Positions 1 to 10,811 of a DNA stretch of 64,000 nt are shown in pieces; position 1 is the first letter of the stretch, and each line of letters starts with the position of its first letter. The notes beneath the pieces were generated by a model. The model ran no database searches, had not been told where the DNA came from, and saw nothing but the letters and a program-made list of their open reading frames with translations. A program made the position numbers and the translations under genes. The stretch is from an uncultured Chloroflexia bacterium (GTDB taxonomy: Bacteria; Chloroflexota; Limnocylindria; Limnocylindrales; CSP1-4). The stretch is from the NCBI GenBank assembly GCA_963796715.1, contig CAWCMN010000009.1:966172-1030171 (forward strand), in the 5' to 3' direction.

Positions 1-9
1 CAGACGGCG

Positions 10-3000
10 ATGACGCTGACCCTGACGCCGCCTAGCCCGACCCGCCCGCCGCTCACGCCGGAGCAGGAGCGCATCGTCGAGTTCGGCGATGGGCCGCTCG
101 TCGTGATCGCCGGCGCCGGGACCGGCAAGACGCGGGTCATCGTCGAGCGCTGCCGCTGGCTGCTCGAGACGAAGGGCGCCGGCAGCCGCGACGCCGACGG
201 CCGACTGCTCCCCGCGGAACCCCAACCCCAGCCAAATCCGGACCACCCGTTCAGCGGCCCGCTGCTGCCCGAGCAGCTCCTGGTCCTGACCTACAACGTC
301 AAGGCGGCCAGGGAGCTGGAGACGCGGCTGGACGAGGCGGTCGGCCCGGCGACGCGGGCCCGGATGACCGTCAGCAACTTCCACAGCTTCTGCCACCGCA
401 TCCTGTCGGACTCGGCGGGGGAGGCGGGCATGCCGCCGAACCCCGACGTCCTCGACGGCGTCGGCCAGTTGCTGCTCCTGCGCGATCTGCAGCCGGCGCT
501 CGCCCTCGTCTACCACAGCGAGTGGCAGCTCCAGGAGATCGTCTCGTTCATCAACCGGGCCAAGGACGAGCTGGTCACGCCCGGCCGGCTTCGACGTGTT
601 CGTGGCGGAGGAGCGGCGCGTCTTCGAGGCGCAGTACGGCGACTACGACGCGGTGGCCGCACAGCTCCTGACCGGGGGCCGGCTGGACGGGCCCGCGCAA
701 GGTGCGCGCTGACTACGCGCGCATCCGCGTCCAGGAGCGGGCGGAAGCCCTCGGAAAGACCCGCCGGGGCCATCGACCCCGAGGCCATGGAGAAGACGGC
801 CGACCGCGAGGCCCGACGCTATCTCGACGGCCACGGGCACGCCACCCCACGAAGCCACTTCCCCCCCGAGGTTCAGGCCCAGATCGACGAGCTGGCCGCC
901 ACCTACGTCCGCGACGGGGCGGCGCTGGAGGTCATGCGGCTCCAGGAGCTCGCCGCCGTCTATCGCGCCTACCAGGTCGCGCTGGTGGCCAGGGGCGCCC
1001 TCGACTTCGGCGAGCAGATCGCCGCCGCGACGCAGCTCTTCAAGACGCGCCCGAACATCCTGCGCCGCTGGCAGCGGCAGTTCCGCTACATCCTGGTGGA
1101 CGAGTTCCAGGACGCCAACATCGCCCAGATCGAGCTGATCGAGCTGCTGGGCCGCACGCCGGACCGGCCCGACAACGTGATGGTCGTGGGCGACGACGAC
1201 CAGTCCATCTACCGCTTCCGCGGCGCCAGCTTCGCCGCCTTCACCGAGTTCGACCGGCGCTTCTCCCGACCGCCCATCCACGACCCGGACGGCCGAGCGC
1301 CCGGGCCGCCGCCGCGCCTGCGCATCGAGCAGAACTTCCGCTCGATCGAGAACGTGCTGACGGCCGCCAACCGCCTGATCGGGCGCAACGCGATCCGCTT
1401 CGAGCCGGACAAGCGCCTGCGCACGGAGCGCGAGGTCGGTCCGTCGGTGGAGCTGATCGTCTGCGCCGGGCCGGAGGACGAGGCGGTGGCCATCGTCGAT
1501 GCCATCCGCGCGCGCCTTGGCGAGCACCCGCGCTGGTCGGACGTGGCCATCCTCTACCGCAAGCACAAGCATCGCGAGGCGCTGGTCGCCCGCCTGCGCG
1601 ACGAGGACATCCCGTACACGGTGGTCGGCGGGCTGTCGCTGTTCGCGACGCCGGAGATCCGCGACCTGGAGCAGGGGCTCCGCGCCATCGCGGACCCGGA
1701 GGACGACGTCGCGCTGACCCGGATGATGACCGCCGGCCCGTGGCGGCTGGATGCGCTGGAGATCCTGCGGGTCGCGCGGACGGCGCGGTTCGACCGCCGT
1801 CACCTCCTGCAGGTGGTGCGGGAGATCGTGGGCTCGGGCCGGATCGCGGAGGACCGCGCAGACGAAGCCGACGAGCCGGCCCCGACCCAGGCGCCGGCGG
1901 TCGTCGCCGTCGCCCCGGCCACGCAGGCCAAGCTGCGCCGGCTGCTGGGCGTCCTCGACGAGCTGCAGGAGCGCGCCTGGCGCGACGGCCCGCTGACGAT
2001 CCTGGACCGCTACCTGGAGCTGGGCGGCCAGGTGCTGGACATGATGGCCGTCGACACGACCGATGCCCATCGCATCGTCGCCAACATCGCCAGCTTCATG
2101 CGCTTCGCCGCCGACTGGCAGTCCGTGCATCCCACGGGCACGCTGGCCGAGTTCGTCGACTACCTGGGTGCCTACCAGGACGCGGGCGGCGAGCTGCCGA
2201 CCAGCGTGGAGCTGACGGAGGACGTCGAGGGCGTCCGCCTCATGACCGTCTACCAGGCCAAGGGCCTGGAGTTCCGCCACGTCTTCGTGCCCTGCCTCCT
2301 GGAAGGGGAGTGGCCCACGCGCGAGGGCTGGCGCGGCTACTTCCCGACCGAGCTGCTGCGCGAAGCCGTCCCGGAGGGCGACATCCACACGGAAGAGGAG
2401 CGGCGGCTCCTGTACGTGGCCATGACCCGCGCCCAGGAGACCCTGACGCTGACGACCCAGGTCGCGCAGGCGCCGGGCAAGACCAAGAGCCAGTCGCTGT
2501 TCATCGCCGAGCTGCTGGAAGGCGCGGGGCCGGAGCTGCTGCGCATCGACCGGACGGGCACCGCCCGGTGCCGGTCCCGACGCCGGGCGATGGGCTCGAC
2601 GAGGCCGAAGAGGCTGAAGAGGAGACCCCGCTCGATCGCTCACGGGCGCTCATGCGCCGGGTCATGCCGCTGCCGTCGAAGCGCGAGCGGCGGCTGGCGC
2701 TGCGGCTCCGCGCGACCGAGCTGGTCGGGCTCATGGAAGGGACCAGGGCCGCCGACCCCGAGACGCCGGAGGCGCGCGTGGGGTTGGAGGAGCAGCTCGC
2801 CGCGGTCGGGCGGTCGGCGGCGATGGGCGCCGACGAGGCGCGGGCGGCCGGCCTGGACCCGCTGACGTTCCACGAGATCGGCCTGGACACCGCCGCCGGC
2901 GCGAACCTGCTGCAGGTCGCGCCGCTGCCCGGCCAGGTTCAGCTACTCGCAGTTCGATCAGTACGACTCCTGCCCGCTGCGCTATGCCTTCGGCCACGTC

Positions 3001-3693
3001 TACCGCATGCCCCAGCCGGAGCGGCCGGGAGGGGCGCGGGCCTTCGGGTCCACCGCGCACGCGGCCTTCGAGGCGTTCACGAAGGAGCGCCGCGAGCGGC
3101 TGGCCCGCGGCGAGCCGTCGCCGACCCGCGCGACCTGGAGCGGCTCTTCCGCGAGCACTGGGTGCCGACCGACTTCGGCGACAAGACGACGGAGGAGCGC
3201 TACCAGCGGCACGTGGACACGCTGCTGGACAACTTCTGGGACGGCGAGCTCAGCAGCCTGGGCGAGGCGATCCACGAGGAGCTGCCCTTCGAGCTCGTCC
3301 TTGACGCCGGTGGGGATGCTCGACCGGTGGTGGTCTACGGGATCCATCGACCGGATCGACCGGCTGCCGTCCGGCGGCATCGAGGTCATCGACTACAAGA
3401 CCGGCAAGGTCGAGTCGCAGAAGAACGTCACCGAGAGCCTGCAGCTCTCCATCTACGCGCTCGCCTGCCGCGACGCCCTGGGCCTGGGCACGCCCGAGCG
3501 GGTGACCCTCTACTTCACCGAGTCGGCCACCCGCATGAGCACGACCCGGACGGACGAGCAGCTGGACCTGGCGCGGGCGGCGATCCTGGAGCGGGTGGCG
3601 CGGATGCGGACGGGCGACTTCGCGGCGACGCCGTCGGCCAAGGCGTGCGGTTGGTGCGACTACGCGCGGATGTGCCCGGAGCGGGTGGGCTAG
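10..3693 (+). CDS. UvrD/REP-family helicase fused to C-terminal PD-(D/E)XK nuclease (AdnA/B/AddA-like), several apparent frameshifts
   Basis: AGAGTGKT, ILVDEFQD, VGDDDQSIYRFRGA, MTVYQAKGLEF and EERRLLYVAMTRA in ORF 10..2865. The nuclease part IDRIDR..VIDYKTG and Cys motif CGWCDYARMC are in 3007..3693. Confidence 0.88.
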
Positions 3694-3843
3694 CCGATGG
3701 GAGTGCTTGTGAACGTTCCCGTCAATCGAACTCATTGGCTTAGCCACCATCGCCAGGCCGCACAGGTCCGTCCCGGTCGGTGCGGCGCCTGATGGTGATG
3801 GCGGCCCGAGCCGTTCTACCTTGCCGGCCTAGAAGGGATTCCC

Positions 3844-5550
3844 ATGGACTACGCCGCTGTTCGAGTTAGTGACATCATTCATGATATCAACCGCGACCTA
3901 TATTTGCCTGCGATCCAGCGGGAATTCGTGTGGAAGCCCGACCGGATTGCGCGGCTGTTCGACTCCATCATGGCCGATTATCCAATCGGCTCGTTCCTTT
4001 ACTGGCGTCTCGATCAGAAGAACAAAGATGAATGGCCCGTCTACAACTTCGTTCAGCATTTCGATGAGGATGCCCCGCATAACGACCCTGCGGACATGCG
4101 AGGAATCACCAAGGACGTAACCCTGATTCTCGATGGCCAGCAACGGATTACGTCACTCTTCGTCGGCTTGCGGGGTTCCTACCGCTACTTCTATTACAAC
4201 TGGCGAACCACGTACCTCTATCTGAACCTCCTTAAGCCCCCCGTGGCGAATGAGGACAATCCCGAGGAGCTGACCTACGGCTTTGCCTTCAGGGAAGGGC
4301 CGGAGCCAAGCGGCAGCGAGCCGCAGCTCTGGTACCTGGTTGGGAGAATCCTGGACGATCCAGATGACCCCGAGGACGCTAAGGCGGCGGTAAGGGCAGA
4401 ACTCGAGGGTCTGCCAGATGAGCAGCGAGAAAACGCCAACCGGCTGATTGGTCGACTGCACACACGAATCCACACGACGTTGGTCGGCAACTACTACCTG
4501 GAGAAGTCCCAGGACTACGACAAGGTCCTACAGGAGTTCGTGCGCGCCAATTCAGCCGGCGTGACGCTGGAGTACTCAGACTTGCTGCTCGCGACCGCGA
4601 CGGCAAAGTGGAAGAGCGTCGATGCTAGAAGCGCGATTCACGACCAGACCGATGCGCTCAACGGTATCGGCACGGGCTACAGCTTCGGCAAGGATTTCGT
4701 CCTCAAGGCATGCCTATATCTCACGGTGCCGTTACCGATCCAGTACAGGGTCAAGAACTTCACGCTGACGAACCTTCAGGCAGTCGAGGGCAATTGGGAG
4801 ACAATCAAGGAGTCGTTGTCGACGACGGTGCGGCTCATCGCGCGGTTCGGCTTCACGTCCAAGAACGTTGTGGCTCCGCTGGCCCTGCTCCCGATCGCGT
4901 TCTACATAATGCGGAGACGAAACCCAAGCTTCGATGTTTCGTCTTCGGCTGAAGACGCAGAGAGCCAAGTTGCAATTCGGCGGTGGTTCATCTTCGCCAC
5001 TCTGAAGAATGCTTTTGGCGCCTCGTCGGATACGACCCTAACTCGACTGCGAGACATCTTGGTTGAAGCCGACGCACGAACTCCGTTCCCTGCGGCGGCC
5101 CTGTATCAATCTCTTGGAATCGAGCCCAGCCTTAACGAGGCCGAGGTCAATCGCCTTGTGGGGCAGCAGTATCAGGGTCGATACACCAACCTCGTGCTTT
5201 CACTGCTCTATCCAGGTCGCGACTGGAGGGACGCCATCTTTCACGAAGACCATATCTTCCCGCAGGCGGAGTTCCGAATCGGGGCATTGCGCACGCGTGG
5301 CTACGACGACGCCAGGATTCAATCCTTCCTGGCAAAGTTCAACTGTCTTCCTAATCTTGAGCTCTTGACCGACAGCGAGAACCTGTCGAAGAATGCCACC
5401 CCCTTCGACGATTGGATTCAAACGCGAGAGCTTGCGTTCCGTCAGCGACACCTCATCCCAACCGACCTACCAGGCTACGAATTCGACTCGTTTGATCAGT
5501 TCTTTACTGCGCGTTCTTCTCTGATTCGGACTGCGTTGCAAGGCCTGTAA
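3844..5550 (+). CDS. GmrSD-family protein (DUF262 + DUF1524/HNH), putative type IV restriction enzyme
   Basis: LPAIQREFVW and LDGQQRITSL (DUF262); C-terminal EDHIFP...NLELL..SEN HNH-type motif. Intact ORF. Confidence 0.85.
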   Translation: MDYAAVRVSDIIHDINRDLYLPAIQREFVWKPDRIARLFDSIMADYPIGSFLYWRLDQKNKDEWPVYNFVQHFDEDAPHNDPADMRGITKDVTLILDGQQRITSLFVGLRGSYRYFYYNWRTTYLYLNLLKPPVANEDNPEELTYGFAFREGPEPSGSEPQLWYLVGRILDDPDDPEDAKAAVRAELEGLPDEQRENANRLIGRLHTRIHTTLVGNYYLEKSQDYDKVLQEFVRANSAGVTLEYSDLLLATATAKWKSVDARSAIHDQTDALNGIGTGYSFGKDFVLKACLYLTVPLPIQYRVKNFTLTNLQAVEGNWETIKESLSTTVRLIARFGFTSKNVVAPLALLPIAFYIMRRRNPSFDVSSSAEDAESQVAIRRWFIFATLKNAFGASSDTTLTRLRDILVEADARTPFPAAALYQSLGIEPSLNEAEVNRLVGQQYQGRYTNLVLSLLYPGRDWRDAIFHEDHIFPQAEFRIGALRTRGYDDARIQSFLAKFNCLPNLELLTDSENLSKNATPFDDWIQTRELAFRQRHLIPTDLPGYEFDSFDQFFTARSSLIRTALQGL

Positions 5551-5581
5551 TGCATCGAGCGGTGCGGGACGGCCCATTCCC

Positions 5582-7923
5582 TTGCGCGCGCTGCGACGTC
5601 ATGTGCATCGGTATCCGGACGGTGAAGGCGTGACTGGAGCCACGGCTTCAGCAGCCGACGCGGGCAACATGATGGCAACCTTGGCCTCGAACCTCCCGCT
5701 GATAGGCCACCTCGGACCGGGAGTTGGTGACGAGGTCTGTCGCCAGGTCGGGCTCAGCGGTCCGCTCGAGGCCGTCAGTCGCGGAGCGCTGTCTGTCAAG
5801 GAATGCGATGCCCTGGCGAATTGGATCGGCTTCCTCGCGTTCGACGAGCTTGAGGCGGTGCCGTTCGTCGAGATTGCCCCGACCGTGTTCGCCAATTCTG
5901 ATGCCTCAATTCCTGACGATTTCGTCCCCGTTCGCGTGCTTGGAGGAATGCGGCGGAACCACGTCAAGCGATGGGGCGAATTCGGTGTTCTCAGTTGCGC
6001 CGATGTCCTCAAGTGGTGGTCCGTCGGGAGGGGGTCGGCCCGTGACCTGCTCCAAACCTTGATTAGAGCCGAACTGGCGACGCCGGACGACATCGAAAGG
6101 CGACCGTGCCGAGCATCCACGGAGCCCGCCAAGACCTCAGCAACATCACTTCGGTTCCTGGGACGACTGAGGTGAATGCGGTCGACGTTGAGGGGCAACT
6201 CAGTGTCGTGGCGGCGTGGGCAGCTGGCGAAACCGATGCGGTCTCGCTGACCGAGGCGCTCCACCGAGCTGCCATCGCTGATGCGCTGCCTGCAGACGTG
6301 GGTGTGGCTTGGCGGTCGCTAGAAGCAGTGGATCTCCGGATGCTCGGCGGTCCGCACCTCGGTCGATATGACCCAATCGCCGCGGTCGAACGTGTGCTGC
6401 ACGGCATCGATGATCGTCATAGGACGGTCCTTGAGCAGCGCGCCCTGGCGCTCTCCCGTCGCAGGACGCTCGCCGAGATAGGTGATGGGCTGGGCGTCAC
6501 CCGTGAACGCGTGCGTCAGATCGAACGGAAGGCGACACGCGGTCTGTCCAAAGTGCTCAGACGTCCCGAGAATGACGCCCTGCGGCGAAGCGCTGCGAGG
6601 ATTCGTGACGAGATTGGAGCTGCAGCGCCCCTTCGGGCAGTCTTGGACTCCGAGGAGTTAGGCCGGGTCAGGCCGGGCTGGAGCATCGACGAACCAGCCG
6701 CGAAGTTGCTGCTCTGGGTCGCAGGGCCGTACATCGAGCGAAGAGGCTGGGTCGTTCTCGCGGATGCGGACCCAGACTGAGCTCACGCGCCGCCCTTGAT
6801 GAGGTGACGCGCGAAGGGCCGGTCCAGGAGGCCGAGGCCGAACGTTCCGTGGAGATGGTAGGGATACACCGTGACTTCGCCCGTGAGTGGATTGTGAGTC
6901 TCGGTGGCTTTCGCCTCATGGACGGCTATGTCATTCGTTGGCGAGGCGGCCTCGCAGACAAGGCCGAAGCGATCCTGCAGATGAGCATGGAACCGCTGAC
7001 TCGCGAGGACCTCCTCGAGCGGATTGCGGAACCGCGGAGCGCGGCTTCACTCGCGAACGCGCTTCTGGCCGATCCAAGGTTCAAGCGGACCGGTGTCCAC
7101 CACTTCGGGCTCGCGGGCTGGGACCACGACGAGTACACGACGATCTCTGATGAGGTCGCGCAGGAGATCGCCAGGCAGGGAGGCGAGGCGACTGTCGAGC
7201 ATCTCGTCGAGTACGTCTCGACGACATACGGTGCCGCGCCAGTCTCGGTGCGTGCGTTCGCGCATTCGCACCGGTTCGTCCCGACCGCCCATGGAACGAT
7301 CAGAGAACGCATCGAAGGGGAGACGACCGTCGCGACCACTTCCAGACCAATCGCGTTCACGAGGTCCATCTTTCGCGGGTCCACAGGATGGGTTCTGCGC
7401 CTGCGCGTTACAGATCAGACCCTGCGCGGCTCGGGCACTCCTATCCCGCCCGCACTCGCGCGCAAGATCCAGGTCCTTCCAGGCGAGAGGCGGGTATTCA
7501 CGTCAGAATACGGTGAGGTTGTGGTGGCCTGGCCGTCGATAGTTCCGACGGTGAGCACGGTCCGCGGAGCCGTGGAGGGGCTCGATGCACGCCCCGGTGA
7601 CTACCTGTTTGTCGAGTTCGGCAATAACGACACGGTCCTGTTCCAAGTCGCGCACCAATCAGACCTCGAGGCGCTGGGCGGCGAGGCCCGACTCGCACGT
7701 GAGGTGGGTTTGAGGCTTGGGGTCGAGGGCCCGCTTACCGTCCTGATTGCTGAAATCCTTGGGCATGAGCGGAGACCCCCCTCCTTCCCGAAATGAGATT
7801 CTCCAGCGCCTGCGCGCTCGGGGGGAGGAGGACCTGGCCGCTCTTGTCGAGACAACCGTCGGCCCGGGCTCGGATGACGATCTGATGGACACCCTCCTCC
7901 GAACCTTCGGAGGCAGAAGTTGA
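5582..7923 (+). CDS. Large protein with RNAP alphaCTD-like HhH, sigma70 region-4 HTH, winged-helix segments and an uncharacterised C-terminal domain (split over 4 frames)
   Basis: WGEFGVLSCADVLKWWSVGRGSARDLL (alphaCTD-like) and TLAEIGDGLGVTRERVRQIE (sigma4). It continues in 6804..7796 and in a final frame NEILQRLRARGEEDLAAL...LLRTFGGRS, ending TGA at 7921-7923. Confidence 0.7.
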
Positions 7924-8031
7924 GCGCGATGGGTGACAATTCCAGTCCGCGAGCGGGCGGCGTTGGTGGCTCCGAATCGCTTGTGCAAGACGGGCCGGAT
8001 CAGCGGGCGACATTCGTAGTGGACGCCTAAC

Positions 8032-8574
8032 GTGCGGGTGCAGGAGTGGCCATTCGCCCGGGCGATCGAGATCTTCCGCGAACAAGGGTCAGAGGCCGAG
8101 TGCTACGGCCAGGTGGTGGCCTTCCTGCGCGAGGCTGACCCGCCGCGCCACCACAAGGTGAAACATGACGCTCGGTTCGTTTTCGACCAGACGAAGCTCG
8201 CCGACGACATGCGGATCTGTCTTAAGAGCGTCGGATGGCAACACGGCGATGTAGTCAGCGGACAGCTGGCGATTGACGGCGTGCGCCTACCCGCCGTTCG
8301 CGCTGACATGATCAAGCAATGCACCCACGTGGTGTTCGAATTCGGGAATGTGGCGTCGTTCGCTCACAACTTGCTCACGCGGGTGACGTTGGCGACGGCG
8401 AAGCGAGGCATCCGCCTCACCGCCCTCATCACGCCGACGTCCGTATTCGCGCGGCAGATTGACTCCAACCTGGCGGCCTTCGAGAGGGTTGCTGGCGAGA
8501 TGAATCGTCTGGCTGACGCCCATCCCGAAGCGATTCCCGGTCCATTGATGGTGGTCGGCGTTGAACCTGAGTGA
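8032..8574 (+). CDS. BglII/BstYI-like restriction-endonuclease-fold protein
   Basis: ADMIK..HVVFEFGNVASFAHNL resembles the D..K..VEVQFG motif; also AAFERV and C-terminal PLMVVGVEP. Size 180 aa and defence context fit. Confidence 0.55.
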   Translation: MRVQEWPFARAIEIFREQGSEAECYGQVVAFLREADPPRHHKVKHDARFVFDQTKLADDMRICLKSVGWQHGDVVSGQLAIDGVRLPAVRADMIKQCTHVVFEFGNVASFAHNLLTRVTLATAKRGIRLTALITPTSVFARQIDSNLAAFERVAGEMNRLADAHPEAIPGPLMVVGVEPE

Positions 8575-10628
8575 CCCGCCTTCCGACCCGGGGCCCGCGG
8601 GATGCTTCCAGCGGCTGTCACTGCGCGAGGAGTACCGGACGGACACGGCCGACATGATCAAGGACTTCTACGAGCCATGCCTGGCCGTCGCGGCTTCATA
8701 CGACCGTGCCGTCGGCTACTTCACAAGCCACGGGCTGGCACTGGCAGCGCGCGGCCTCGAGGCGTTTGCTTCCGGGGGGCATCGAATGCGTCTGGTGGCT
8801 AGTCCGGTGCTATCCGAAGAGGATCTCGATGCCATCGATCGGGGCCTCTTGGCCCGCGAACGCATCGTCGAGCGGCGCCTTCTCGAGGCCCTCCGCGACG
8901 GCGGCGATTCTTCTCATACGGTCGCCCTGGCGTGGCTCGTCGCTGAGTCCCGTCTCGAAATCCAGATTGCAGTCCCGCGCGCTGGACCAGGTATCTACCA
9001 CGAGAAGGCCGGCCTCTTCCACGATGCTGACGGCTGTGTCGTCGCGTTCCAGGTCGGCCAACGAGACGGTGGGTGGCCTGGTCAGTAACTTCGAGGCGAT
9101 TGACGTCTTCTTCTCGTGGGACGGCACGCGCGGTCGTGTGGCTCGGAAGGCCGCGAACTTCGAACGACTCTGGACTAACGACACGCCGGAACTCGATGTA
9201 ATGCCGCTACCGGCAGCAGTAGAACGCGAACTCATCATGCTCGCCGAGCAAAGTCCTCGTGGAATAGCCCCCATGCGCCCGCGCGACCCTCTCCCGGCAG
9301 CCAGGCCGGGTAGGTTTGCAGCCCCTGCCAACGTCGAGCCGCGTCCATACCAATCTGCTGCCATCGAGGCGTGGTTCGCGGCCGGCGCTCGCGGAATGCT
9401 TTCGATGGCGACCGGCACTGGGAAGACGAAAACCGCGCTATTCGCGGCCACCGAGTTGTTCGGTCAGCAAGGGAAACCACCGTGCCTCGTCATCGTCACC
9501 CCCTATATCCATCTCGTTGACCAGTGGGCGCGGGAAATCGAGGCATGGGGCCTGCGACCGACGCGATGTTATGAGGCGGGGGGCATCGTGGGAAGTCCGA
9601 GCCTGGGAGGCAGTCGACAGCCGGCGAGCTGGCGCGTCAAACCCGATATGCCTCATCGCGACCATCGCAACTGCCACAGGGCCGCGCTTTCTCCGGCTGG
9701 CGGACCGCCTCCCGGCGGACGTTATGTTCATCGCCGATGAGGTCCACCACCTCGGTGCCGATCAGGGGTCGTCAATTCTGCGTGACGCGTTTCCGTTTCG
9801 ACTCGGCTTGTCGGCCACACCAGAACGATGGGGGGATGAGGTCGGGAACCGTGCCCTCGAGACATACTTCGGCAAGGTGGTGTTCGAATTCGGGATCGGG
9901 GCTGCCATCGCAGCTAGGTGCCTTAGCCCGTATGAATACCTTCCCGTCCTCGTCGACCTCGAGGAAGACGAACTTGAGGCTTACCGCGACGTGATGGCCG
10001 ACATCGACGGTGCGCTCGCGGCCAAGGGCGAGGGGTTCGACGCCAAGGTCAGGTCACTCTTGAACCGGCGCTCGGACATCCTCAATACGGCGCGGGGAAA
10101 GCTGGATGCCGTTCGTCGCCGGGTGACTGAACATCCACCGGATCGTACGCTGCTCTACTGCGCGTCCAGGGAGCAGATGGGCGCGGTCTCAGATCTGCTC
10201 CGCGACAGGGGGATTGTTCCTGCGCCTTTCACGGCGGAAGAGGACCGGACGACGCGACAGAACGTGCTCGAGCGTTTCGCCGCCGGCGCTATCCCGGCCC
10301 TTGTGGCGATGCGCGCCCTCGACGAAGGTGTCGACGTGCCGGCGACTCGGGAAGCGCAGCTGCTGGCGAGCAGCGGCAACCCGAGGGAGTTCATCCAGCG
10401 GCGCGGGCGAGTGCTCAGGCCGAGCCCAGGCAAGACTCATGCGACCATCGTGGACTACGTGGTCGTCCCGGAGATTGACGCCCGCCTCTCGCAAGAGATC
10501 GCGGCCAAGGAGGTGCGTCGTGTCTTGGAATTCGCAGGTTCCGCGATGAATGCCGATGCGGCCCGGCAGCGAATTTGGGGCCTTCTCGACCGCTCCAGTT
10601 GCTGCACCACATAGGGGAGCACATGTAA
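8561..10628 (+). CDS. HKD(PLD)-domain SF2 DEAD/DEAH helicase (Dnd-associated restriction-helicase type), frameshifted
   Basis: DFYEPCL..YDRAVGYFTS, IYHEKAGLFHD, SANET, MATGTGKT, ADEVHH, LGLSATPER, LDEGVDVP and FIQRRGRVLR across ORFs 8561, 8706 and 9316. Likely stop TAA at 10626-10628. Confidence 0.85.
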
Positions 10629-10811
10629 TGGGTGTGATGGAGATTCTGCTGAGTATGTACACGAGCTCGACGCCAAGGTGAAGTCGGTCCTCATCGATGT
10701 GATCATGGCTGAACAGGCGATGTTCGATCTCGACAAGCCGCGGATCAAGGGCGAATCAAGGATGCGATCGACGCGGCGGTCCGACGAGGAGCGGCATCGG
10801 ATTCTCACTAG
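10628..10811 (+). CDS. Small (~60 aa) helical protein between helicase and ATPase (frameshifted; absent from the ORF track)
   Basis: GGGGAG RBS and TAATG overlap with the helicase stop. Reconstructed as MGVMEILLSMY-ELDAKVKSVLIDVIMAEQAMFDLDKPRIKGE-IKDAIDAAVRRG. Confidence 0.5.

Noticed and set aside
6106-6780. Stand-alone sigma factor
   Set aside because: Only region 4 is present, with no region 2; it is part of a larger frameshifted protein.
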